From Oopsacas minuta (lineage: Eukaryota; Animalia; Porifera): a DNA stretch of 64,000 nt. How positions within the stretch are numbered: position 1 is the stretch's first letter; the number at the start of each line of letters is the position of its first letter. A model generated the notes under the pieces. That model did not search any database, was not told the origin of the DNA, and worked only from the letters and a program-made list of their open reading frames with translations. Positions 13,804 to 24,994 of the stretch are shown here, piece by piece. The stretch is from the NCBI GenBank assembly GCA_024704765.1, contig JAKMXF010000327.1:79360-143359 (forward strand), given 5' to 3'. The translations under genes and the position numbers were made by a program.

Positions 13804-15898
13804 ATCTAAATCTTACTGAAATTACAATTATTCGGTAAGACTCAGTAGTTACATATTGTTTTCACTGTCCCATATTCAGAAAGTAATCTTTGTATTTAAT
13901 CGCTAAATATTACAAAATTGGAAACTTGTACAATTGATAAAATCAAATTATGTGTATTTGGAGCTGCATCTTATGTTGTAAAAATGGATCATAAAGTCAG
14001 AGTTCATATTCCTATAAATAAATAATAGATAGCAAATATTATTTAAAAATCAAATAAGAGCTTACCTACGAATCTACAAGAAAATAGCTTCCTGACTTTT
14101 TGCAATGCTGATTTACCCATACTCCTATAGTGTCTCCTTGCTGATCGTACTTCTCATTTATCCTCTCCTACACGTACACTCACTTCCTCAAATCCTTCAA
14201 TTTTTATAGCTTCTACCAGGCTTCCAAGTCAATTCCAACTGAACTTGACACCTAATTCTCTCAATTCCCCTCTCTTCCCATCAACCTAAAGAATTGGACA
14301 ACATAGCTTAAAAGTTGCCCAGAAAGAAACACATAGTATACTATTAATGATATCAAAAAAGAGTCAGTATCGAGAGAGATCAAACCTTAGCTAGAATAGT
14401 AAACACTAAACAAGCGGTTCAATCCACTCTTATAAAAGAAAGTAATCTCTGTTAAAAATTGGAGACCATCCTAAACCGTCGGACCTCCGAAGCCTATACA
14501 ATAAGTGTGTGACACACTAGTGAGATATGTCATGGTTCACAGATGACAGGTTATATTATTTATATGAGAATTCCCACTCAAATCTTGACTTATTGGCCGG
14601 TGTGGATAGATCCGTACTGACGAATATCATTACACTAATACATTGTACGCGATGGATCACAGATTTACAATCCTACTGACAGAGCCCGTGAGAGAAATCC
14701 GGGTCCTAATCCCACATTATGCCGCGGGCCCCCTTACGTATGATTTCACAAAATGAAAAGAGTTTAACTACTACACTACAGAAACAAATTTATAGTTCTT
14801 GTGTGAGTACTTCTGGGATTAAAAGTTTAGAATTTCAATTCATCTCATTTACTTCTAGCATAAGTGTAGTAACATTGTTCGCTATAACAAACAGAAAACG
14901 ATTTCCACAGGGTTCGAGGTATGACGAGCATCCAGAAACATATCTTTGGCGGATAGATTGAATAGTTTGTATCTATACGTTAGTTTTAACGCGTTTATAA
15001 AAAAGAAACATTGGGGACATAAGTAAGCAGATTAAAAGATTATGGCAGCATCATGTTTACTACGCTTAAGATTATGAGTTTATGCACTCGAGTGACATAG
15101 GCTCGAGCAAGCGAAGCGGGCTAGTGCTAATTGAAATTTCCTGTACTTTAGTAAAGTAAGTACAATCAGAAGTATACAAGATATTTTACTTGAACTGTTG
15201 AACCCAACCATAAATTTGTAATACAAATTTCAATCCTCAACACAGGTTCAGGTCTTTTGGGACCACAAGAACCCTCTAACGGGGCCTGCCTACTGATCAT
15301 CAAATGCAAGATGTAAGATGTGTCATCTGGTTGTGGCAGATTTTCTTGCATCTCTTCCCACAATAGAGGTATCTTGCCAGGATCAGAGCGATAATTAATT
15401 CGCAATCATGAGCGTGACCTGGAAACTTCATTCTTAGCAGTACAAGCATCCATAATGAAAATAGATAACAGTGGGAGACAATACAAGTCTGGGGGCTCAT
15501 TGGTCATAAGCAGTAACTTCAATTATTCCCACTAGCTTCATTCAGCATGAGTCAGATTATTCTGATTCTCTGAGAAACTGCACCATTAGCATATATTAAA
15601 AAGTACAGTAAGTACTGTACAAACTGCGGATGCGCACTGTACTTTTTAATACCTCTCATTAAAGGCTAACGAAAGAGAAACCTTTGTTACCATGCCAAGT
15701 GTGTATTCCATTTCCTCAGGTAAAAACTTGCTGAGTTCTGTTCATTAAAGTATGTTCTCAAAAGTCCGTTCCTATCCCTGAAATAGGGAATGCAGCTAAT
15801 AAATAATACACAATTCCGAGGGTATGAAGAAGAGAGCGTGTTAATTAGGGACTGAGAGTATGTTTTATGGCGGTGGTTCTCAACCGGTACGATAAGGC

Positions 15899-16263
15899 CA
15901 GGGCCGGCGTTAGGACAGGGCAGGCAGGGCAATTGCCCAGGGCCTCCAAAACCCACACCGGTGCTCCAGAATATATAAATTGATTAAAAACTTCCAGCGA
16001 TCAACAATGTCCCAGGATCGCTTGAATGGACTGACAGAGATTTCGATAGAGTACGAGCTTTATAACAAACTGGACTTTACCCACATAATTGACGACTTTG
16101 CCACAGCTAATTGTAGGAAGGTCCTCTTCTAGGAAATAAGAGAAGTACCATGATTTTAATTTATATAAAATCACTGTTTACATCTCATGTTATTTATCTT
16201 AGGGAAGGGGACTTCCATTTGCAACTCTGCCCAGGGGCCTCCGATTGGCTAACGCCGGCCATG
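15899..16263 (+). mobile_element. 365-bp internal-deletion derivative (MITE) of the hAT family at 39042-40868
   Basis: TIR CAGGGCCGGCGTTAG / CTAACGCCGGCCATG (14/15). Flanks GATAAGGC vs GATAGGC. Retains the transposase C-terminus RSTMSQDRLNGLTEISIEYE...IIDDFATANCRKVLF*. Confidence 0.85.
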
Positions 16264-17549
16264 GATAGGCACATTCGTGTGCCTCAGAACATAGTTAGGT
16301 GTGCCACCAAAATGTTCCTTGCATCAAACGAATCTGTTTATAATGATTTCAGAGGCATATTTTCTGGGCCTATGGAGATGAAATTGATAAAGTCAAGAAG
16401 AATTAGAACCTTAAGTTGTTCATTTCCCTTTCCCTTCCATATCTTACTTGTGCAATCAATTCTAGTTCTCACTCTATCTAACAACTTTCCTAACTTGTTA
16501 ACTTCATCTAACAGTTTGTTGTTGTCAGTTGTCACACGCGAAGTTTACCATGTATGATAGTTGAAATCTCAATGGATTCAAGTTCTGTGTTGATTTCATC
16601 TCGAAATTTGGTACATAAATATACTAGTACTAGTACGTATAGAAAGTTAACCAATATAATATGAATGGCGGAAAGATGGACGTGGGGAAAATGGTCGCGA
16701 GGAATTATAGTCATTTACTTTTATGTTTTGAATACTCTAAATACTCTCAGCAACTCACAGCCTGCTCCAGGTCCAAAGATAATCCAATCAAACACCACAA
16801 CTGTTATCCAAATAGTCTACTGAAATGGTCATCTTCTCAGCTCAAGCCAATCTAGCAAGATAATCCATGAAAATGCCAATTCTATTACCTTCCAAAGTGA
16901 GTTCTAAATGCTCTCATAAATTCCCGCGACCATCTTCAGTCAACGAGTACTGAACCATTATACTATATAGTATAATCAGTACAGTACAAACCTAAGATGA
17001 TAAAATGGGCTTCCCTAAGCTAATTCACTGAACAGAACGGAAAAATTTTCTTGAAGAAATTATATTTGACATTGAAAATCACAGACTAGTGTAGAACAAT
17101 TGTTGTCTAGCATTTTTCACATCGATGGTAATCATTGTTAATTATATCCAGTTACAATACGAAAAATATTCCGCCTAGAAATTTCCTTTCGAATTTTCTA
17201 TCTCGTTCTCAGGCTAGAAGGAGGGGTAGTTATCCAGCGGAAAGGTGGCCCATATAATTTTCGCGATAAGAATGATGAAAATTTGTTCATGAGGTATTAC
17301 TAGATATTATACAGATTTCGCTACAAAAGTAAGAAAATTGATTACCGCCAAAATGAAAAGTCCAAACAAATGTTTGATAACCGTCATGATACAATATTCG
17401 AGTTATTAAATAGTACACAGAGCATGCTCAATCAGCACTCAGAGCATGCTTCACCTGTACTTACTTAGAGTATACACTCATCTCAAAATCCCCAAAAACA
17501 ACATCCAATCAGAAGCCACTAATATAGGGGAAATACCCACTCCAACAAA

Positions 17550-17900
17550 ACGAGGAGTGTCTCAAAAATTGCGTGGTTCCTCATCACGCAACTGCTTGTG
17601 GTGTCGCAAAGCAGTTGTGTCCTGGTCCACTAAAATTGCTAGCACCGTAGCACTGTCCTCAGCAATTATTCAGTCTTAAGTTCATCCGTAATAACACATA
17701 CTTGATGGATTTGACAATATTTGCAGTGCAATTTTCAGCAAATACATACAAGCCAATTACAAATTCATGAACCTCCAAGTCTTTATTTCCAATGCAGCAA
17801 ATCCAGATAACCAGCTGCTCCTTATTGCAACACTGAGAATGTCTCCCACAGAGGAAGTGTCACTAAGTCTAGAGAATTCTAGCTTAAAGATAATGAGATA
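17550..17900 (-). pseudogene. Fragment of a ZMYM1/Ac-type hAT transposase
   Basis: Hand translation gives NKEQLVIWIC...LEVHEFVIGLY...IVKSIKYVLLRMNLRLNNC*GQCYGASNFSG, then QLRDEEPR. This matches the GQCYDGASNMSG region of these transposases. Confidence 0.55.
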
Positions 17901-18134
17901 GTAAAAAGAACACATAGCCTGTGCATTAGGTACATAGGGCATGCGGGGTAAATAAGTGGGCTGTACAAAGCTAGCGTAACACTATTGCTTATTTTGAATA
18001 TCGATGGCTGAAGTTGCCTCGGTGGAACTCGAATAATGTGTGAAAATACGCTAGAACAACATCCAAGGTTTCTTGTCTACTAATCTAAGGTAATTCACTC
18101 AACAACCACTAAATTAGTGTAAAAATACACTGAA

Positions 18135-18197
18135 AAAACATCCAAAACATCCAAAACATCCAAAACATCCAAAACATCCAAAACATCCAAAACATCC
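18135..18197. repeat. Tandem repeat (AAAACATCC)x7
   Basis: Seven perfect 9-bp units read directly. Confidence 0.95.
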
Positions 18198-18708
18198 AAG
18201 GCACAAATGTTCTGTACAAAATTGCGCAAACATCTCACAAGCTTCTTACAGAACATTTTAACGTGCATGCTCTGCGTACTATAAATTATATGAAATACGG
18301 TATGCTATAAATAAGACATACCGACTGCTTTTTGGGACGCCAAATCTTCCTAAGTTTCAAGACATTTAGACATTGTAGGTCTTCATATTGAATCGCGTCT
18401 ATCAGATCTAAATCCTTATCTAGTTGACTGAATGAGCCATTCTCTTGATGTGTATAAGCCAATCACTGTATTGCGCATGCTCATTATACTGAATGCCAGT
18501 GTCCTATTGGACATGGCTTTGTGACGAGGTTCCGCTGTATATATATATATATATATATAGGTCAGTCCTTAGTGAGCCCTCAGAAGTTAGAACTTTTCAT
18601 GGAAAGGTAAGGTAATTCCAGTATATTTTGTTGTGTTTTCTGTCACCCCGTTTCACAAATAGAAATACAATAGATTGGAATTTCCAAATAATGTATTAAA
18701 TCTACAAC

Positions 18709-18714
18709 AAAAAA
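18709..18714 (-). terminator. Pol III oligo-dT terminator (T6) of tRNA-Arg
   Basis: A6 on the plus strand, 10 nt downstream of the tRNA 3' end on the minus strand. Confidence 0.7.
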
Positions 18715-18724
18715 TAACAATAAG

Positions 18725-18797
18725 CACCTCCGACGGGATTCGAACCCGCAACCCCCGGCTTAGGAGGCCGATGCCATAACCTTTAGGCTACGGAGGC
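18725..18797 (-). tRNA. tRNA-Arg (anticodon CCT), intronless, 73 nt
   Basis: Minus strand GCCTCCGTAGCCTAAAGGTTATGGCATCGGCCTCCTAAGCCGGGGGTTGCGGGTTCGAATCCCGTCGGAGGTG: 7-bp acceptor stem, anticodon loop CTCCTAA, GGTTCGAATCC T-arm/B box, no encoded CCA. Confidence 0.95.
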
Positions 18798-20159
18798 ATA
18801 ATTCTATAAATAATTATTCTATCTAAAAATATTGTGGTATAATTTGCTCTCCTAGTATCATAATGCTTTGTAACGTATTAGTGACGGCACAACTAGGGAA
18901 GTCCGACATTTCGCTCCACTTTTGATTGGTCAATTTTTGTTAATTATTTAACAGGTTTTAAATGGCTAAATAATTGAACTAATTTCTTGTCTGAATTCGT
19001 TTGGTTAATTCTAGCATAAATAAAATTGGTCTACAAGTTGCTTTGTATAATTTGCTAAATAGATTAACTAAGTAGCTTGTATAGATTCATTTAGATTGTG
19101 GTCGAAAATATACATAGTTTATTATTAGAGGATGACATATATAATTACGAGTACGTAGTAGGTATTACAAACTGGTATAGCGTCAAGAGCAGTTGACTAG
19201 ATCTTATTGCATTTGTTTCAAACAATTTTAGCGTCCTGGCGGATTCAGTGGGTGCTAAAACCTGTTTTTCGGAGCCCGCTTCTTTGTCCTGTTTAGTTCC
19301 AAATTTCCAATAGACATCAACGTTAACATATTTCAGAATTACAGACCCCCCCATAATTCTGACTTCCAGCTATTTATTAGTACCAAATTTTATTGATGAC
19401 TCCGAAATTACTGCCATTTCCCTGAGTCCAAGGGTGACCGTAATTCAGATGTTCCACTGTACATATACATGTGTGTGTACTTGAAATTACTTCCTTGTTC
19501 ACATCTTTGGACTTTGGAGGGGTTAAGACCAGATTTGGCATGTATACTCGCATGAGATCTAGATGTGCACGGTTATCGAAGTGCTGTGCAGCGCGCCCTG
19601 TGTGGGTTTTGCCCCTGTTGACTAAAAACATTGTTTATTGATTATATATGTACACCGCCCACCGGAACCACATACGATGCAACAAAGCTGCGTCTTGTAA
19701 TGTTTGCTTTATTTGTGTTCGCAATATTTTATAAAAACGAGCGAGTTGCGCTTGCGGTTTACGATCACGCTATTAGGGGAAACCAGGCCTGACTAAGCCA
19801 ATGTACAGATGGCCAATTAGAAATGTTTTAAGTTTATATTTCATTGCTTTTGTCGAGATTATTGAACCAAAGCTCTGTATAAATCCTAGTTTCCCAGTTT
19901 AAATATGACTACTTGTATTATTAATAAGTACTTACAAGAAATATAATTGATTAATTAAACATTTATCTAAAAACAATTGGAAACTAAACAAAACAAATAG
20001 AAACTAAAAACTAAACTATGTTCTACTTGGGTGCAGCTACCACATCTCGACCACTGTCCACTTCAATTGGTAGCTGCACCGTCAGGAATGAGGAGGAAAT
20101 CAGGAGAGAGGTAGGAGAGAGGAGATTTTACACATTGGCATGGAGAGAGAGGGAAAGAG

Positions 20160-22823
20160 AAAGCAAGGGTTCATACGAAGGGAATGGAGATAGTGAAGCG
20201 TACGAATGAGCATCTGCATGCACCTGATGTGCAGGCTACGGCCTGCTGTGAGATAAAGGCCGGCATCAAGAGGAAAGCACGAGACACACAGGATAGCTCA
20301 CACCACATAATCGGTGAGGGTATGCTAACAGCATCAGAGGGTACTGCTGCTAAACTACCTAAGCTGGACAGCCTGAAGCGGACGATACAGCGTCAGCGTG
20401 CAAGTGTATTATCAGCTCCAATGCAGCCTACCGCCCTATCAGAGTTGGTTCTACCTGCAGAATACCAGCGGACAGCCAAGGAGGAACAGTTCCTACTCTA
20501 TGACTCTGGGGAAGACGATGCACATAGATTCCTCATCTTCGGGACACAACGCAACCTCGGGATGCTACAGCAAAGCAAGATCTGGCTAGCTGATGGCACC
20601 TTCAAGACGGCCCCTCCCCTCTTCGCCCAGGTGTATGTGGTGCATGGACTCCGAGGAGGAGACGATCCTATGAAGACTGGTCATCTGTTGCCGAGTCTGT
20701 TCGTGCTGCTGCCCAACAAGACAGAGGATACCTACCGTAGGATGTGGGAGCAGATCCGCCTACTCTGTCCTCTTGCCCAGCCTGAACAGATGCTCCTGGA
20801 CTTTGAGAAGGGCGCAATTAACAGCTTTGAGCATGTCTGGCCTAACACAGTGGTGAAGTGCTGCTTCTTCCACCTCACACAGAATATCTGGCGCCATGTG
20901 CAGTCTGTAGGGCTGCAGTCTGACTACACACATGACGAAGAGCTGGCCATGTGCATCCGGAAGATACCAGCCCTTGCATTCGCCCGACCAGCAGACGTAC
21001 CCGATCTGTTTGAGCAAGTGTCAATGGACCTCCCCCTTACGTCTGAGATAGGCGAGCTAGTCGACTACTTTGAGAGGACGTATATCGGTCGCACGCTAGC
21101 CACTGGACACCATGTAGCGCGACGTTCCCAATTGGCCTGTGGAACTACCACTTCAGCACGCCATTCGGACTCCCCCGTACAACCAACGCCGTAGAGGCAT
21201 GGTACCGCAGCTTCAATGCCACTGTCGGCTGCCATCACCCCACCATATGGAAGTTCCTCCTAGCCCTCAAGCGTGAGCAGGGCCTAGTGGAGGTGCGGCA
21301 GACTAACTACCTTGCTGGGAAGCCGCCAACCAAACGGAGGAGGTCCCAACAGAGTGAACAAGCGTTGAGGACTCTAGTTGGAGAATATATCCACCAGACC
21401 ATACTAAGACGAAGTTCCATACAAGTGTAGACACCATCTCAGCCTGAGAACGGATGTTAATCTTCCGTATTATCTATACCTCAAATAAATTTGATTTTGA
21501 GATAATACTTTAGATTAACATGTTAATCCGCTCCCAGACCGAAATGATGTGCTACACCCTGCAAGAACTCCATCTTAGTACGATTTGGTGAATAATATTC
21601 TCCAACTAGAGTCCTCAACGCTTGTTCACTCTGTTGGGACCTCCTCCGTTTGGTTGGCGGCTTCCCAGCAAGGTAGTTAGTCTGCCGCACCTCCACTAGG
21701 CCCTGCTCACGCTTGAGGGCTAGGAGGAACTTCCATATGGTGGGGTGATGGCAGCCGACAGTGGCATTGAAGCTGCGGTACCATGCCTCTACGGCGTTGG
21801 TTGTACGGGGGAGTCCGAATGGCGTGCTGAAGTGGTAGTTCCACAGGCCAATTGGGAACGTCGCGCTACATGGTGTCCAGTGGCTAGCGTGCGACCGATA
21901 TACGTCCTCTCAAAGTAGTCGACTAGCTCGCCTATCTCAGACGTAAGGGGGAGGTCCATTGACACTTGCTCAAACAGATCGGGTACGTCTGCTGGTCGGG
22001 CGAATGCAAGGGCTGGTATCTTCCGGATGCACATGGCCAGCTCTTCGTCATGTGTGTAGTCAGACTGCAGCCCTACAGACTGCACATGGCGCCAGATATT
22101 CTGTGTGAGGTGGAAGAAGCAGCACTTCACCACTGTGTTAGGCCAGACATGCTCAAAGCTGTTAATTGCGCCCTTCTCAAAGTCCAGGAGCATCTGTTCA
22201 GGCTGGGCAAGAGGACAGAGTAGGCGGATCTGCTCCCACATCCTACGGTAGGTATCCTCTGTCTTGTTGGGCAGCAGCACGAACAGACTCGGCAACAGAT
22301 GACCAGTCTTCATAGGATCGTCTCCTCCTCGGAGTCCATGCACCACATACACCTGGGCGAAGAGGGGAGGGGCCGTCTTGAAGGTGCCATCAGCTAGCCA
22401 GATCTTGCTTTGCTGTAGCATCCCGAGGTTGCGTTGTGTCCCGAAGATGAGGAATCTATGTGCATCGTCTTCCCCAGAGTCATAGAGTAGGAACTGTTCC
22501 TCCTTGGCTGTCCGCTGGTATTCTGCAGGTAGAACCAACTCTGATAGGGCGGTAGGCTGCATTGGAGCTGATAATACACTTGCACGCTGACGCTGTATCG
22601 TCCGCTTCAGGCTGTCCAGCTTAGGTAGTTTAGCAGCAGTACCCTCTGATGCTGTTAGCATACCCTCACCGATTATGTGGTGTGAGCTATCCTGTGTGTC
22701 TCGTGCTTTCCTCTTGATGCCGGCCTTTATCTCACAGCAGGCCGTAGCCTGCACATCAGGTGCATGCAGATGCTCATTCGTACGCTTCACTATCTCCATT
22801 CCCTTCGTATGAACCCTTGCTTT
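20160..22823. repeat. Long inverted repeat: arms 20160-21388 and 21595-22823 (1,229 bp each), 206-bp spacer that is itself an imperfect palindrome centred near 21490
   Basis: Outer and inner arm coordinates both sum to 42983 (no net indel). All translated ORFs are identical and nucleotide spot checks match. Confidence 0.95.
20184..21194 (+). pseudogene. Inverted duplicate of the MULE transposase, lacking the N-terminal FLYWCH part
   Basis: The 336-aa ORF is identical to residues 56-391 of ORF 21789-22964 and carries the same frameshift. Confidence 0.85.
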
Positions 22824-22964
22824 ATACTCTCCTCTCTGCTCACACTGCCAATGTGTAATTTCTCCAACTCTCCTATGCATCAAATATATGTATCCTCCTT
22901 CTATCATCTTCTGTCCTCCATTACTAGTTGTGATCAGCCTGAAGGAGGGCTGATCAGGGTCCAT
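21523..22964 (-). pseudogene. FLYWCH + MULE DDE transposase (480 aa if one missing nucleotide near 21863 is restored)
   Basis: FLYWCH-like THWQCEQRGEYKARVH, then WLADGTF (D), LLDFEKG (D), CCFFH. After a 1-nt deletion the other frame reads PTFPIGLWNY...PRTTNAVEAW (E)...MEFLQGVAHHFGLGAD*. Span is 1,442 nt, one short of 481 codons. Confidence 0.9.
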
Positions 22965-23717
22965 TGAGAATAGAAGAGTTGTTTAAAAGAATACAAAAAT
23001 GTAGCAAAATAATATTTTAGCTGATAATGCAAGCTGAAAATAATACAATTGCAACATTTAAATAGAACTACAAAGGTGACTCCATGTTTACTGGCAAACA
23101 TACAATTAATTTCGCATCTTCTCCATCAAAGGAATTAATTTCGGATCTTCTCCATCAAAATAATTAATTTCGCATCTTCTCCATCAAAAGAATTAATTAC
23201 TACGTATGTATTTCCGATATAAATTCGTTACCTTTACTATAAATCATCTTACCTCACTTTGCTAACACAGAACTTCTATGTTTAGGTTTACGATATCAGA
23301 ACTGTAACATTAGATTCTTCTGAAATCATTCATCCCAAATTAATTGATTATATTTGCAATATTATTTAGCCATTTAAAACCTGTGAAATTATTAACAAAA
23401 ATTGGCCAATCAAAAGTGGAGCGAAATGTCGTGGAACGAAATGTCGGTATCCGCTCAACGATGTCACTTTGTGAGAAAAAGAAATTAATTCGCCTTTCAT
23501 GCCCCCAATATCTAATCTCGCACCCCTACCTCTAAAATAAGGGAATCTAGCAATTAAAATACCTGATACGAATTTCTGAATGAAACATTCTTCTCTGTCT
23601 CCCTTCCCCCACAAAAATTACAATTTCTTGACAATTCAATAACAATACATTGGATTGTGCTACTAGTATCCTATAAATGCAAAGCAGATTAATGAGCCAG
23701 TAATTCATACGTTGTTA

Positions 23718-24060
23718 ATGGCATCAAGCACACTCAATGAACTGGATCTAAAACGAAGAGTGGATCTAATTCAGAATTCTTCTGGTCAATCGCATCGGCA
23801 ATTGGCAGAAAGATTTAATAATGGAAAAACCTAAGTGTCCGCCATACTTAAACGAAAAACATAGTATTTGACAGCTTATGAGAAAATCAAAGAGGAGACA
23901 GAAAGCGGCATAGCTATGTGGGACTGGTTTCAATCTGCTCGTTAAAAACATACCCCTCTCTGGGCTCTTAATGAAAAAAGCTTTTGAATTCTCAGCAATT
24001 TTAGGGATTCACGAATTTAAAGCTTCAAACGCTGGCTAGATCGTTTGAATAAACGTAATT
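23718..24060 (+). pseudogene. Tigger/pogo transposase N-terminal fragment (HTH_psq + CENP-B HTH)
   Basis: MASSTLNELDLKRRVDLIQNSSGQSHRQLAERFNNGKT*VSAILKRK, then WDWFQSAR*...IPLSG...EFKASN..WLDRL across frameshifts. Confidence 0.75.
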
Positions 24061-24444
24061 TAGTGTGGAAAAATAATGGATAACGGGCTTCTAATTGTAC
24101 TGTAACTAAGAGATTTTTTCAGTGATTAGTATAAATCCCTATTAAGAATTACATATTTGTAATTCTGAACTTGAGTCAAAATTCATGATCTAGTGACCGG
24201 ATAACTTAGTGTAATTAGTACAGTGACCCATTTGGCCTTGGTAACCCTTGCTAATCCTGCAATATAAACATCGTGACGAGCAATTTTATATAATCAAAAG
24301 AGGGGGACCAAATATGGCAAGGAGGGACCATCCGTGACTGGAATATATGGTCCCATCGGACCGTTTATAGCGGGCGGACTAAATTTAGCGTGAGATAACC
24401 AATTAACTACAGCCTTAAATGTTTCCATTTTTATTGGCTACTTT

Positions 24445-24607
24445 CAAGGCTGCAACCGAATAGTTCAATATTTGGTTACCAAGCGAATATCAGTATCCAA
24501 ACCGAATACTATCAGTAATATTCGGTTGATGTAACCGAATATTATCAGAATTCGGTCAAGCAACTATTCATGAATACTGATATTCGGTTCGATCGGTTTC
24601 AACCTTG
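24445..24607. mobile_element. 163-bp hAT-type MITE rich in AACCGAATA subterminal repeats
   Basis: TIR CAAGGCTGCAACCGA / TCGGTTTCAACCTTG. Perfect 8-bp TSD GCTACTTT on both sides. Confidence 0.88.
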
Positions 24608-24994
24608 GCTACTTTGTATTATGATAACATCAAAAATAATGAGAAAATGGTAATTAATGAAATCTTACCGTCAGCATGCTTAGATAGACGTTATGTGGAG
24701 CTGAAACAAGTTACGTTATAAAGAAAGTTAAATTAATTGGTCGAATCCCTATGACTCTTTTGGATTTATAAATAACGAATATGCCACTTGCCAACTTCCT
24801 TCCTTTTTTCGCATAGAAACTATAATGAAACGAAAAAAAACGATTTAGAAGGCAAATATTTTCCTGACCTTATTAAATTGAGAAAAGTTGCACACTTATT
24901 AAACTATCAATAGTTTTCCTATCTGAAAGTAGACAGGAGTACAGAAATTGAAAAATAACTACATAATATAACTAGGAAAAACTAAAAAATTAAT

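Larger units (their letters stand above)
18896..23452 (-). mobile_element. Mutator-like (MULE) element with an internal inverted duplication of its transposase gene
   Basis: About 80-bp TIRs (CCGACATTTCGCTCCACTTTTGATTGG-CAATTTTTGTTAAT at about 18903 and its reverse complement at about 23370-23431). 9-bp flanks GCACAACTA (18887-18895) vs GCTCAACGA (23453-23461), 7/9. Internal MULE transposase. Confidence 0.88.

Noticed and set aside
14040-15520. Coding-looking minus-strand stretches at 14040-14280 and 15160-15520
   Set aside because: Short and interrupted, with no family motif I could recognise; probably old TE debris.
19130-19750. Captured host gene fragment (Pack-MULE) inside the MULE
   Set aside because: Part resembles a pogo-type MITE end (TACAGTGGAAC...AATTACGGTCAC, also near 46245-46280), and the short ORFs match nothing I recognise; gene capture is unsupported without a search.
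20398-22967. Small ORFs 20398-20589, 20760-21017, 21966-22223, 22394-22585 and 22764-22967
   Set aside because: Alternative-frame or antisense shadows of the duplicated MULE transposase.
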